Origin: Bacilli bacterium
GTDB lineage: Bacteria > Bacillota_I > Bacilli_A > RF39 > UBA660
Direction of reading: 5' to 3'
Assembly (NCBI GenBank): GCA_017418945.1
Contig: JAFOMI010000040.1
Location: 32 to 64,031, forward strand
Length of the DNA: 64,000 bases
The stretch's first letter is position 1, and each line of letters starts with the position of its first letter. Positions 26,880 through 36,323 of this stretch are shown here, piece by piece. The notes beneath the pieces are model-generated. The model saw only the letters and a program-made list of their open reading frames with translations, was not told the origin of the DNA and searched no databases. The position numbers and the translations under genes are program-made.

Positions 26880-27935
26880 ATGAATGATTTAAGAAAAAAG
26901 ATTGGACAAATGACAATTGTTAGAATGCAAGGTAAATCAGTTAGTGATGATCTTATTAGTTTAATAAGAGATTATCATATTGGAGGAATATCTTTATATT
27001 CTAATAATTATGATTCTTATGAAGATATGATAGATTTAATTAATCAAATAAAAGATATAAATAAAAAATATAATAATACGCCTTTATTTATTACTATGGA
27101 TGAAGAAGGTGGAAGAGTTAATAGATTACCAAAAGATTTTTTAAGATTACCATCTAGTAAACTTGTTAGTAAAGATATAAAGTATGTAAAAGAATCTAGT
27201 AATATAATTGGAAATATTTTAAATGATATAGGTGTTAATATGAATTTTTCGCCTGTACTTGATATTCAAAGATTTGATGATAATCATGCTATTGGAGATA
27301 GATGCTTTGGATATAACAAAGATGATGTTATAAAAAATGGTCTTACAGTTGTGAAAGAGTTAGAAGATAAAAAAGTAGTACCAGTTGTTAAACATTTTCC
27401 AGGACATGGATTAGTAAAAATAGATTCACATATATTTTTGCCGATTTCAAAAAATATTAGAAATAAAGAAGATATTGAACCATTTATAAGTGCTATTAAT
27501 ATGAAAGCACCAGTATTAATGGTTAGTCATATATTAGTGCCAAGTATAGATATATTTCATCCATCAAGTTTATCAAGTAAGATGATAAAGGGTTATATTA
27601 GAAAAGAATTAAAATATGAAGGTCTTATTATGACTGATGATTTAAAAATGAAATCTGTTAATATATTATATGGATATAAAAGATCTTTTTATAAATCTAT
27701 AAAAGCAGGTAATAATCTTATAGTAATAGGAGCAGATTATGATTCTGTCAAAAAATCTATTGATTATACAGTATCTAAATTAGGTAAGAATTTAAAAAAA
27801 GATGTAGATTATTCTTATAAAAAGATTATTTCTTTAAAAGAAGAATATGATATAAATCATAATAAAGTAAATAAGATTAATATTGATAATTATAATAAGA
27901 AAATTGAAAAATTAAGAAATGAAGTAAAGGACTAG
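26880..27935 (+). CDS. nagZ: Beta-N-acetylhexosaminidase (GH3, NagZ-like)
   Basis: GH3 N-terminal domain motifs (ITMDEEGGRVNRL, KHFPGHG). Confidence 0.8.
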   Translation: MNDLRKKIGQMTIVRMQGKSVSDDLISLIRDYHIGGISLYSNNYDSYEDMIDLINQIKDINKKYNNTPLFITMDEEGGRVNRLPKDFLRLPSSKLVSKDIKYVKESSNIIGNILNDIGVNMNFSPVLDIQRFDDNHAIGDRCFGYNKDDVIKNGLTVVKELEDKKVVPVVKHFPGHGLVKIDSHIFLPISKNIRNKEDIEPFISAINMKAPVLMVSHILVPSIDIFHPSSLSSKMIKGYIRKELKYEGLIMTDDLKMKSVNILYGYKRSFYKSIKAGNNLIVIGADYDSVKKSIDYTVSKLGKNLKKDVDYSYKKIISLKEEYDINHNKVNKINIDNYNKKIEKLRNEVKD

Positions 27936-27995
27936 TTCCTTTTTTTATTTGTATATTATTTTATAATATACATAGAATAATACTAGGAGGAAAAT

Positions 27996-28448
27996 ATGAA
28001 AGATATTAAGAAACTAGTATTCTATATTTTTATAACTATTATTATTGGTTCATTACCAGCATTATTTATCAAGTTTTCAGATACATATAATTATTTAAAT
28101 AAACCACCATTAGCGCCAAGTGGAATTGTATTTCCAATAGTTTGGACTATATTATTTATATTAATGGGAATATCTATTTATAGAGTTAGTTTAAAAGATG
28201 ATGATGTTAATTTAAAAATAATATATTTTTCTAATTTATTAATTAATGCTTTATGGACACCATTATTTTTTGGATTAAATCTATATTTATTTTCATTTTT
28301 ATGGATTATAATTCTTTTAATAGTAACATTTATTATGTTTTATAAATTTTATATAGTTGATAAAATAAGTGGATATTTATTAATTCCTTATATTATTTGG
28401 TTATTATTTGCGGGTTATTTAAATTTATTTATCTATTTATTAAATTAA
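27996..28448 (+). CDS. tspO: TspO/MBR-family tryptophan-rich sensory protein
   Basis: NKPPLAPSGIVFPIVWTILFILMG and 5 TM helices. Confidence 0.8.
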   Translation: MKDIKKLVFYIFITIIIGSLPALFIKFSDTYNYLNKPPLAPSGIVFPIVWTILFILMGISIYRVSLKDDDVNLKIIYFSNLLINALWTPLFFGLNLYLFSFLWIIILLIVTFIMFYKFYIVDKISGYLLIPYIIWLLFAGYLNLFIYLLN

Positions 28449-28490
28449 TGTGTTAAAATATAAATTACTTTTTAAAAAGTTGGTGAAATA

Positions 28491-29252
28491 GTGAATACAA
28501 TTGATTATAATGCATTTGATAAAGATAAATTAGTTAAATATAGTCCTATTATGTTTTCAAGAAATAAATTTTATTTAGATAAAGATTCTATATATAAAGT
28601 ATTTGATGAAAATAAAATAGAAGAAAGAAAAAGAGCGGAAAAAGTTATAGATTATTTTTCTGATATAGATACTGATTATATAGTTAATGCGGATAATAAA
28701 ATAGTAAAAGATGATACTATGATTATGTATGGTTCTAAATATATTAATGGTTTATCTTTAAGGGAATTAATTGAGGAAAAAGGTATGCTTAAGTGTATGA
28801 AATATATAATTAATGCATCTAAAAAATTAGAAGAATTTCATAATTTGGATGATAATTCAATTATGGGTGATATACATTTTGGTAATATTATGGTTGATTC
28901 AAATGATAAGTTATTTTTTATAGATCATGATAGTTATGGGATAAAAGATATTAAACCAGAAACTTATTCAATATATTTATATAGATATTTTAATAATATA
29001 GAATGTAAGTCTTTAAAAGATAGCGATTATTCTAAAGATTTAGATAGATTAGCGTTTTTATTATCAGTACTTAATTTAACTTTTAAAAGAGAAGTATATA
29101 TGACTAGATCACTTTTATATGATGATAAAAAAGATGAATATCCATATTTAAAAGATTTAAAAGAAATATATTTGGATATAAAAAATGGATATAAAGATGG
29201 CACTAAAGTACCATATATACATGAATTAATAAAGAATTACGATTATTCGTAA
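28491..29252 (+). CDS. Kinase-like protein (aminoglycoside/choline-kinase-fold phosphotransferase family)
   Basis: GDIHFGNIMVD...FFIDHDSYG is an HxDxxxxN...D-type catalytic/Mg loop. GTG start as given by the ORF track. Confidence 0.5.
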   Translation: MNTIDYNAFDKDKLVKYSPIMFSRNKFYLDKDSIYKVFDENKIEERKRAEKVIDYFSDIDTDYIVNADNKIVKDDTMIMYGSKYINGLSLRELIEEKGMLKCMKYIINASKKLEEFHNLDDNSIMGDIHFGNIMVDSNDKLFFIDHDSYGIKDIKPETYSIYLYRYFNNIECKSLKDSDYSKDLDRLAFLLSVLNLTFKREVYMTRSLLYDDKKDEYPYLKDLKEIYLDIKNGYKDGTKVPYIHELIKNYDYS

Positions 29253-29270
29253 TTCTTTTTATTGTATTCC

Positions 29271-29283
29271 TACTAAATTAGTA
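29271..29283. promoter_or_regulatory. Palindromic operator candidate (TACTAA-A-TTAGTA) overlapping the -10 of the Rrf2 regulator gene
   Basis: Perfect 6-1-6 palindrome read directly, immediately followed by TAGTATAAT. Likely the autoregulatory site of the downstream Rrf2-family repressor. Confidence 0.45.
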
Positions 29284-29312
29284 GTATAATCTTTTATTGA
29301 GGGAAGTTTATT

Positions 29313-29705
29313 ATGAGAATAGGTACAAGAGGTAGATATGCATTAGTAATAATGTTTTATCTTGCAAAAAGTTATAGTGAAAATAGATATGTTTCTCTAA
29401 AAGAAATATCTGAAAGTGAAGGTTTATCTTTTAAGTATCTTGAAAAGATAATGGTTGATTTAAATAAAGATAATTATTTAGATGTTTTAAGAGGTAATAA
29501 TGGTGGTTATAAATTAAAAAAAGAACCTAAATATTATACTCTTGGAGAAATACTTAGAAGGGTTGAAGGAGATCTTGCGAGTAATAGTTGTATAGATGGA
29601 ACTTGTAATAAAAATAGTAAATGTACTAGTTTTAAATTTTTTAATGAATTATATAAAGAGATAAATAATTATGTAGATAATAAAACTTTAGAAGATTATT
29701 TATAA
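29313..29705 (+). CDS. Rrf2-family transcriptional regulator (IscR/SufR-like, Cys-containing)
   Basis: N-terminal Rrf2 wHTH (RYALVIMFYLAKS...VSLKEISESEGLSFKYLEKIM). C-terminal Cys residues. Located upstream of sufCBD. Confidence 0.8.
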   Translation: MRIGTRGRYALVIMFYLAKSYSENRYVSLKEISESEGLSFKYLEKIMVDLNKDNYLDVLRGNNGGYKLKKEPKYYTLGEILRRVEGDLASNSCIDGTCNKNSKCTSFKFFNELYKEINNYVDNKTLEDYL

Positions 29706-29714
29706 GGAGGATAT

Positions 29715-30446
29715 ATGTTAGTAATAAAGAATTTATATGCAAAAGCAAAAGATGGTAAAGAAATACTTAAGGGATTAGATTTAGAAATAAAAAAAGGTGA
29801 AATACATGTTATTATGGGACCAAATGGTTCTGGTAAATCAACTTTATCTAATGTTATATTAAATAATCCTAAATATGAAATAACAAGTGGAGAAATATAT
29901 TTTGAAAATGAATTAATTAATAATTTAAAAACAAATGAAATTGCTAAAAAAGGAATATTTATGTCATTTCAAACACCAGTAGAAGTAGAAGGTGTTAAGA
30001 TATCAGAGTTTTTAAAAACAGCAAAGAATTCAATTAGTGATGAAAGAGTAAATTTATTTAAATTTATAACAAATTTAGAAGAAAATATGGATAAATTAAG
30101 CATAAAAAAAGATTTCATAAATAGAGAATTAAATGTTGGCTTTTCTGGTGGAGAAAAAAAGAAAAATGAAATATTACAATTACTTACTTTAAATCCTAAA
30201 CTTGCTATTTTAGATGAAACAGATTCAGGTCTTGATATAGATGCAATTAAAGTAGTATCTAATGGAATAAACTTATTTAAAAATGAAAATAATTCAGTAA
30301 TAATTATTACTCATAATGCTAAAATATTAGAGAATTTAAAAGTAGATTATGTACATGTTTTAGTAAATGGAAAAATAATTAAAACAGGAGATTCTTCATT
30401 AGCGAAAGAAATAGAAGAAAATGGATATTCTAAATATTTAAAATAG
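29715..30446 (+). CDS. sufC: Fe-S cluster assembly ATPase SufC
   Basis: Walker A GPNGSGKST, ABC signature FSGGEKKKNE, Walker B LAILDETDSGLD. Confidence 0.9.
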   Translation: MLVIKNLYAKAKDGKEILKGLDLEIKKGEIHVIMGPNGSGKSTLSNVILNNPKYEITSGEIYFENELINNLKTNEIAKKGIFMSFQTPVEVEGVKISEFLKTAKNSISDERVNLFKFITNLEENMDKLSIKKDFINRELNVGFSGGEKKKNEILQLLTLNPKLAILDETDSGLDIDAIKVVSNGINLFKNENNSVIIITHNAKILENLKVDYVHVLVNGKIIKTGDSSLAKEIEENGYSKYLK

Positions 30447-30453
30447 GTGTTAT

Positions 30454-31842
30454 ATGAAAACAAGAATAGAATTAGATGATAATATATATAATAAAAAAGT
30501 AAAAGAAGAATCTGTTAGTAAAATAGTAGGTTTAACTAAAGAAATAGTAGAGGAAATAAGTAAAGAAAAAGATGAACCAAAATGGGTTCTTGATATTAGA
30601 TTAAAAGCTCTTGATTATTTTAATAAATTACCTATGCCAAATTGGGGACCAGATTTATCTATGCTTAATTTAGATGAAATAAGTACCTATGTTAAAAGAG
30701 GAATTAATACTTCTGATAAATGGGAAGATGTTCCAGAAGAAATTAAAAATGTATTTGATAAACTTGGTATCCCAGAAGCTGAGAAGAAAAGTTTAGCGGG
30801 TGTTGGTGCACAATTCGATTCAGAAATGGTATATCATAAAGTACAAGATGATTTAAAAAAACAAGGTGTTATATATTGTAATTTTGATACTGCGATTAAA
30901 GAATATCCTGATCTTGTTAAAGAATATTTTACTAAAGCAGTACCTATAATGGATCATAAATTTATCGCACTTCATTATGCTTTATTTTCAGGTGGTTCAT
31001 TTGTATATATACCAAAAGGAGTACATTTAGATAATCCTCTTCAATCATATTTTAGATTAAATTCAAAAGGTGCTGGTCAGTTTGAACATACATTAATAAT
31101 AGTGGAAGAGGATTCATATTTAGAGTTTATTGAAGGATGTTCAGCACCTGGTTATAATACATTAAATCTACATGCAGGATGCGTGGAATTATTTGTTAAA
31201 AAAAATGCATTATTAAGATTTTCTACAATAGAAAATTGGTCTAAAAATATGCTAAATTTAAATACAAAAAAAGCATATGTAGATGAAAATGGTAAGATAG
31301 AATGGATAATGGGTTCTTTTGGTTCAAAGATATCTATGCTTTATCCTATGAGTATTTTAGAAGATAATGCTAAATGTGAAATGACACAGCTTTCATTTGC
31401 GGGTAAAGGTCAAAATTTAGATACTGGATTAAAAGTAGTATGTAATGGTAAAAATACAAGTACAGTTGTTAATTCTAAATCTATATCAAAAGATGGAGGA
31501 ATATGTACTTTTAGAAGTAATGTTTTAGTAAATAAAAAAGCATCTAATTCTAAATTATCTCTTTCTTGTGAATCATTAATGCTTGATAGTATTTCAAGAA
31601 GTGATACCATTCCATCATGTACTATATTAAATGATGATACTATTTTTTCTCATGAAGCTAAAATAGGTAAAATATCAGATGATACTATATTTTATCTTAT
31701 GAGTAGAGGTCTATCTGAAGAAGAAGCTAAATCTATAATAGTAAGAGGATTCGCAGAACCAATATCAAAAGTATTCCCAGTTGAATATGCAGTTGAAATG
31801 AATAGATTAATTAATATGGAATTAGAAGGAACAATAGGTTAG
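30454..31842 (+). CDS. sufB: Fe-S cluster assembly protein SufB
   Basis: 462 aa with SufB/SufD beta-helix core. Operon position after sufC. Confidence 0.85.
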   Translation: MKTRIELDDNIYNKKVKEESVSKIVGLTKEIVEEISKEKDEPKWVLDIRLKALDYFNKLPMPNWGPDLSMLNLDEISTYVKRGINTSDKWEDVPEEIKNVFDKLGIPEAEKKSLAGVGAQFDSEMVYHKVQDDLKKQGVIYCNFDTAIKEYPDLVKEYFTKAVPIMDHKFIALHYALFSGGSFVYIPKGVHLDNPLQSYFRLNSKGAGQFEHTLIIVEEDSYLEFIEGCSAPGYNTLNLHAGCVELFVKKNALLRFSTIENWSKNMLNLNTKKAYVDENGKIEWIMGSFGSKISMLYPMSILEDNAKCEMTQLSFAGKGQNLDTGLKVVCNGKNTSTVVNSKSISKDGGICTFRSNVLVNKKASNSKLSLSCESLMLDSISRSDTIPSCTILNDDTIFSHEAKIGKISDDTIFYLMSRGLSEEEAKSIIVRGFAEPISKVFPVEYAVEMNRLINMELEGTIG

Positions 31843-31851
31843 GAGGAAGTT

Positions 31852-32805
31852 ATGGAATATATATTAAATAAGACTCCTATTAGGACTACAAATAATTTTA
31901 AAGTAAATGATTTAAAATTAGATTTAGATATTATAAAAACTAAGTTTAAAGATTTTAAAACAAAGAATGTAAATATTAATACTAGAATAGAAAATAATTT
32001 TGAATCTAAGATAGGATTATTAGAAGATAAATATTTATTTGTAGATGTATTTAATAATAATGAAGTGGGTTATTTAGAGTATGACTTTGATAATGATTAT
32101 TTAACTTCTTTAATTAATGTAAATGCATCTAATCTAATAATTATTTTTAAAGGAGATAATGCGTTTTTAAATACTAAAATAGTTATTAATAAAGCAAAAT
32201 CTGTTAGTATTGTTAATTTAACTAGTAAAGATTCTAAATCATTTATATCTATTGAAAATAATACTAATTCTATAGTTAATTTTATTGAACTGGGTGGAAA
32301 AATAAAAGTATCTAATTATTATTCAGTTATTAATGAAGAAAACTCTATAAATACTTTTAATTCTATATATTTAGGTAAAGAAGATGAAGTGTTAGATTTA
32401 AATTATTATATAGGCTTTAATAATAAAAATACTAAGGGTTCTATTAATGTAGAAGGTGTACTTTTAGATAATGCACATAAATCATTTAAAGGCACAATAG
32501 ATTTTTATGAAGGATCTAAAGGTTCTTCTGGTGATGAACTTGAAAACGTAGTTTTATTAAGTGATAAAGTAATATCTAGATCACTTCCTATGCTTCTATG
32601 TCATGAAGAAGATGTTTCTGGAACACATGCTGTTTCTAAGGGAAAAATAGATGAAGAAAAATTGTTCTATTTAATGAGTAGAGGACTTAGTGAAAAAGAA
32701 TCTAAAATAATGATTATATTATCTAATTTTAATAAGATATTAGATAATATTCCTGATATAAATTTAAAAAATGAAATAATAAATGAAATTAGTAAAAGGT
32801 TATAA
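31852..32805 (+). CDS. sufD: Fe-S cluster assembly protein SufD (divergent)
   Basis: C-terminal EEKLFYLMSRGLSEKESKIMI parallels SufB's DDTIFYLMSRGLSEEEAKSII. Operon position. Confidence 0.7.
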   Translation: MEYILNKTPIRTTNNFKVNDLKLDLDIIKTKFKDFKTKNVNINTRIENNFESKIGLLEDKYLFVDVFNNNEVGYLEYDFDNDYLTSLINVNASNLIIIFKGDNAFLNTKIVINKAKSVSIVNLTSKDSKSFISIENNTNSIVNFIELGGKIKVSNYYSVINEENSINTFNSIYLGKEDEVLDLNYYIGFNNKNTKGSINVEGVLLDNAHKSFKGTIDFYEGSKGSSGDELENVVLLSDKVISRSLPMLLCHEEDVSGTHAVSKGKIDEEKLFYLMSRGLSEKESKIMIILSNFNKILDNIPDINLKNEIINEISKRL

Positions 32806-32902
32806 TATAACCTTTTTTTTGATTGAAATAAAATAAAAAAATGTGTATAATAAATAATAATAGATACTACAAGAGAAGCAAAATGTCGTTAGGAGAATAG
32901 TG

Positions 32903-33436
32903 ATGAAAAATTTTATTAAGAATAATTTAAACTTAGTTTTTGCTTTTATAATAGGCGTCTTAATTGCGGGAACTTCAGCGTTTGCAGCCGCAACTATGGC
33001 TGCATCTGATGTAGGATATGATAATTCTAATAGTGGGATAAGTGCGTCAAATGTTCAAGAAGCTTTAGATCAACTTGATCAAAAAGCAAATTATCATGCA
33101 GTTAATCCTGCTTATTTTGGAGATTTTTCGGTATTAAAATTTAATTCTAGTAAAACTATTATGGCATCAAAATATTTACTTTGTATAACTATGTATAATA
33201 GCCGTTATTCAGTTGCGTGTTTTAGAAATAATAACTGGGCAGTAGAACAGAATCATATTCAGGATGTATTTTATGATGGTACTTGTACATGGGGAACTAA
33301 TAATGCAAATATACAATGTAGTAATACTAAATTTCTATGTACATTTCAAAGTAGTGGATATGTATCTTGTACTTATAAAACTAATAATACTTGGTGTTCT
33401 GTTTACGCAGGTAATACTTGTAACTGCGGTACGTAG
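32903..33436 (+). CDS. Secreted/membrane-anchored Cys-rich protein, paralog A (tail-fibre-like N-terminal motif)
   Basis: N-terminal TM/signal (LVFAFIIGVLIAGTSAFAAAT). Motif YDNSNSGISASNVQEALDQL. C-terminal domain with about 10 Cys. Paralogous to the next ORF. Confidence 0.65.
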   Translation: MKNFIKNNLNLVFAFIIGVLIAGTSAFAAATMAASDVGYDNSNSGISASNVQEALDQLDQKANYHAVNPAYFGDFSVLKFNSSKTIMASKYLLCITMYNSRYSVACFRNNNWAVEQNHIQDVFYDGTCTWGTNNANIQCSNTKFLCTFQSSGYVSCTYKTNNTWCSVYAGNTCNCGT

Positions 33437-33445
33437 GAGGAAAAT

Positions 33446-34006
33446 ATGAATAAAATAAAGAATTTAATAAAGAAAAAATATAAAGTTATTATTTCGTTTT
33501 TCCTAGGTATGTTTGTTGCGGGCACAACAGTATTTGCGGCAACTTATTATTTTAAGGCAACAGACACTACTTATACTAATTCAAATAGTACTCTTTCATC
33601 AACTAATGTTAATGATGCATTAGATGAATTATATAATAAAACAAAAGCAATGGTAAACACAGGATATATATCAATTTTTTCAAACCTAAAGTTTTCATCA
33701 AACAAAAAAATTATGGCATCTAATTATATGGTTTGTATAGATTATTATGCTAATAATTATTCAGTTGTGTGTTTTAAATATAATAATTTTAATGTTGAAA
33801 AATATAGAATTAGAAGAGTATTTGGAAGTGGAGCCTGTACAGTTACCGGTGGAAATTTTTACGCTTCAAATGATCCTGGAACAACAACTAAAGTATCTTG
33901 TACTGCGAATAATTTTACTTGTGAAGTGCAAAAAACTGGATATGTTTACTGTGGTACTGCGGGTAAATCCTGCTATATATCATCAGGAACAGCAACTTGT
34001 AATTAA
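33446..34006 (+). CDS. Secreted/membrane-anchored Cys-rich protein, paralog B
   Basis: Same architecture as paralog A: signal/TM, YTNSNSTLSSTNVNDALDELY, and a Cys-rich C-terminal domain alignable with A (KIMAS(K/N)Y(L/M)(L/V)CI...YSV(A/V)CF). Confidence 0.65.
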   Translation: MNKIKNLIKKKYKVIISFFLGMFVAGTTVFAATYYFKATDTTYTNSNSTLSSTNVNDALDELYNKTKAMVNTGYISIFSNLKFSSNKKIMASNYMVCIDYYANNYSVVCFKYNNFNVEKYRIRRVFGSGACTVTGGNFYASNDPGTTTKVSCTANNFTCEVQKTGYVYCGTAGKSCYISSGTATCN

Positions 34007-34051
34007 GAAGATTTTTATCTTCTTTTTTAATATATTTTTTTGGGAGGACTT

Positions 34052-34498
34052 ATGAATAAAGAAGAATTATTAAATTTTAGAAGAAACTATATGGAGGCAA
34101 GAAATAAAAGAAGAAATATTTTTGATGAAGATAAGTGCTATCTTAATGAAGCTGTTTCTAAGACTAAGATAAAAAAAGAAAATAGTAATAATATAGTTGT
34201 ATATGAAGGAACATATAATAAAGATAAATTTGGTTTATCAATTACATTTGATGATGATTTAAATGCATCTTTTAAACAATTTAGAGATATAGAAACTAAA
34301 GAATTATATTTAGTTTCATTAAATGAATTAGATAGTTTTTATAAAGAACATATTATAGTTAATTGTAATGTTAATATTGTAAATATAGATATATATGATA
34401 AGAGTTATGATGATACTAGAGAAACATTCTTTAAAGGAGTATTAGAAGAATCACAAGATAAAGTTATATTAAAGTTAATAAGAAAAGATTATAATTAA
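34052..34498 (+). CDS. Hypothetical cytoplasmic protein (149 aa)
   Basis: GGGAGG RBS before the ATG at 34052. No motif recognised. Confidence 0.5.
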   Translation: MNKEELLNFRRNYMEARNKRRNIFDEDKCYLNEAVSKTKIKKENSNNIVVYEGTYNKDKFGLSITFDDDLNASFKQFRDIETKELYLVSLNELDSFYKEHIIVNCNVNIVNIDIYDKSYDDTRETFFKGVLEESQDKVILKLIRKDYN

Positions 34499-34564
34499 TC
34501 TTTTTTTAGTAAATATATAATTTGTTAATATAAATTTCAATCATATTATATTCTAGGTGATAAT

Positions 34565-35254
34565 ATGAAACTTGGAATAGATATTTCTTCACTTGATGAT
34601 ATAGATTATAGTTTGTTAAAAAAGAATAATATTAGTTTTGTAATTATAAAAGGAGATACTAGTTTTAATAAACATTATTATAATTTGTTAAAGAATAAAA
34701 TAGATATAGGAGTGTATTTTGAATCAAAAGCTAAATGTAAAAGTGAATTGGTTAAAGAAGTAGATACTTTATTAAATATATTAGATGATAAAGTATTTAG
34801 TTATCCTATTTTTTTATCAATTACAAATTTAGATACTAATATAGAAGAAGTTATAAAGTATTATGATTTTGTTTTAAAAAGAGAAGGTTATTATTTTGGA
34901 ATATATTCTAACTTAAGTATTTATAAAAGTATATTAAATAAGTATGACTATGAATATTGGATATCTATTTATGATGATAAGAAACCTGATATTAAACTTG
35001 GAATATGGCAAAATACAAATGATTTTTATTTAGGAAAAAGTAAGCTGCGATTATCTTATTCTTATAAAGATTATTCTAAAATAATAAAAGAAAAATATTT
35101 GAATAATAATTATGATTTTAAACCGGATGTTTATATTATAAAAAAAGGGGATACAATAAATAAAATAAGTAAAAAGTATAATATTCAAAAAGAAATATTA
35201 AAAAATAATATTTCTTTAGAACCTGGAAGTACTATTAATATTGACAATTTATAA
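34565..35254 (+). CDS. GH25-family muramidase (lysozyme) with C-terminal LysM domain, no signal peptide
   Basis: N-terminal GIDISS...FVIIKG pattern of GH25 (Lyz2-like). C-terminal YIIKKGDTINKISKKYNIQKEILKNNISLEPGSTINI is a LysM repeat. No N-terminal hydrophobic segment. Confidence 0.6.
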   Translation: MKLGIDISSLDDIDYSLLKKNNISFVIIKGDTSFNKHYYNLLKNKIDIGVYFESKAKCKSELVKEVDTLLNILDDKVFSYPIFLSITNLDTNIEEVIKYYDFVLKREGYYFGIYSNLSIYKSILNKYDYEYWISIYDDKKPDIKLGIWQNTNDFYLGKSKLRLSYSYKDYSKIIKEKYLNNNYDFKPDVYIIKKGDTINKISKKYNIQKEILKNNISLEPGSTINIDNL

Positions 35255-35286
35255 TATATTTTTAAAATTAATTATAGGGAGGCTTT

Positions 35287-36318
35287 ATGACAAAGGGAGA
35301 TATTTATACTAAAGAAATAATAAAAAGAATATTAGAAGAGGGTACTCTTGATGAAAATCCAAGACCTAGATATTTAGATAGGACACCTGCGCATACTTTA
35401 TCTTGTAATCATGGTATGTGTACTTATGATTTAACTAAGAATGAATCACCAATAATAACTTTAAGACCAATTGCGGTAAAGTTATCAATTGGAGAATTAT
35501 TATGGATATATAGAGATGCTGATAATAATATATATAATTTAGAAAAGAATTATGGAGTACGTTGGTGGAGAGAATGGTGTGTTAATAAAATGCATTATTC
35601 TTTAAGTGGAGATTTAGTTGATGGACCAAATCCATTTAAAGGATATTATTTTGATTCTAAAGGTAAAATGATTGAACTAGGTGAAAAATCTAGTGATGTT
35701 AATCCTAAAACAGATATTGATAGTAATGAATTTATACTTGATTCAAAATTTGGAAATGTTTTAACTAAAGACGCTAGTTTAGGATATTGTTATGGTGGAA
35801 CTGTTAGAGAACATAATTTATTTAATAAATGTGTTAATGATATTAAAACAAATCCTTTTGGTAGAAGACACATTATTAATTTATGGCAAGATGAAGATTT
35901 TAAAAAGATACATGGACTTGAACCATGTGCATTCTTAACTGAATGGAATGTTAGAAAAGTAAATGGTGAATATTATTTAGATATGTGTTTAACACAAAGA
36001 TCAAGTGACTTTATAACCGCAGGATGTATTAATCAAACTCAATATATGGTATTTTTATATATGATGGCAAGAGAAGTAGGTATGAAACCTGGAAGATTTA
36101 CTTGGTTTTATAATAATATACAAATATATGATAGACATATAGATGACGCTAAAGAATTACTTTCAAGAGAACCTATTTTCTGTGAACCAAAAATAGTAAT
36201 TGATGATAATGTTAAATCATTTGATGATATGACACAAAATAATGTAAGATTAGAAGGATATCCAATTGAAGAAATAAATAAGAAAAACAAAAAGTTAAAA
36301 CTTGAAGTTGCAATATAA
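35287..36318 (+). CDS. thyA: Thymidylate-synthase-family enzyme (ThyA/dNMP-hydroxymethylase fold), divergent, 343 aa
   Basis: DRTPAHTLS (compare DRTGTGTLS), ELLWIYRD, NPFGRRHIINLWQDED, LEPCAFLTEW (catalytic Cys, but no His after PC) and CLTQRSSDF (QRS.D). Insertions make it longer than canonical ThyA. Confidence 0.7.
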   Translation: MTKGDIYTKEIIKRILEEGTLDENPRPRYLDRTPAHTLSCNHGMCTYDLTKNESPIITLRPIAVKLSIGELLWIYRDADNNIYNLEKNYGVRWWREWCVNKMHYSLSGDLVDGPNPFKGYYFDSKGKMIELGEKSSDVNPKTDIDSNEFILDSKFGNVLTKDASLGYCYGGTVREHNLFNKCVNDIKTNPFGRRHIINLWQDEDFKKIHGLEPCAFLTEWNVRKVNGEYYLDMCLTQRSSDFITAGCINQTQYMVFLYMMAREVGMKPGRFTWFYNNIQIYDRHIDDAKELLSREPIFCEPKIVIDDNVKSFDDMTQNNVRLEGYPIEEINKKNKKLKLEVAI

Positions 36319-36323
36319 AAGAA

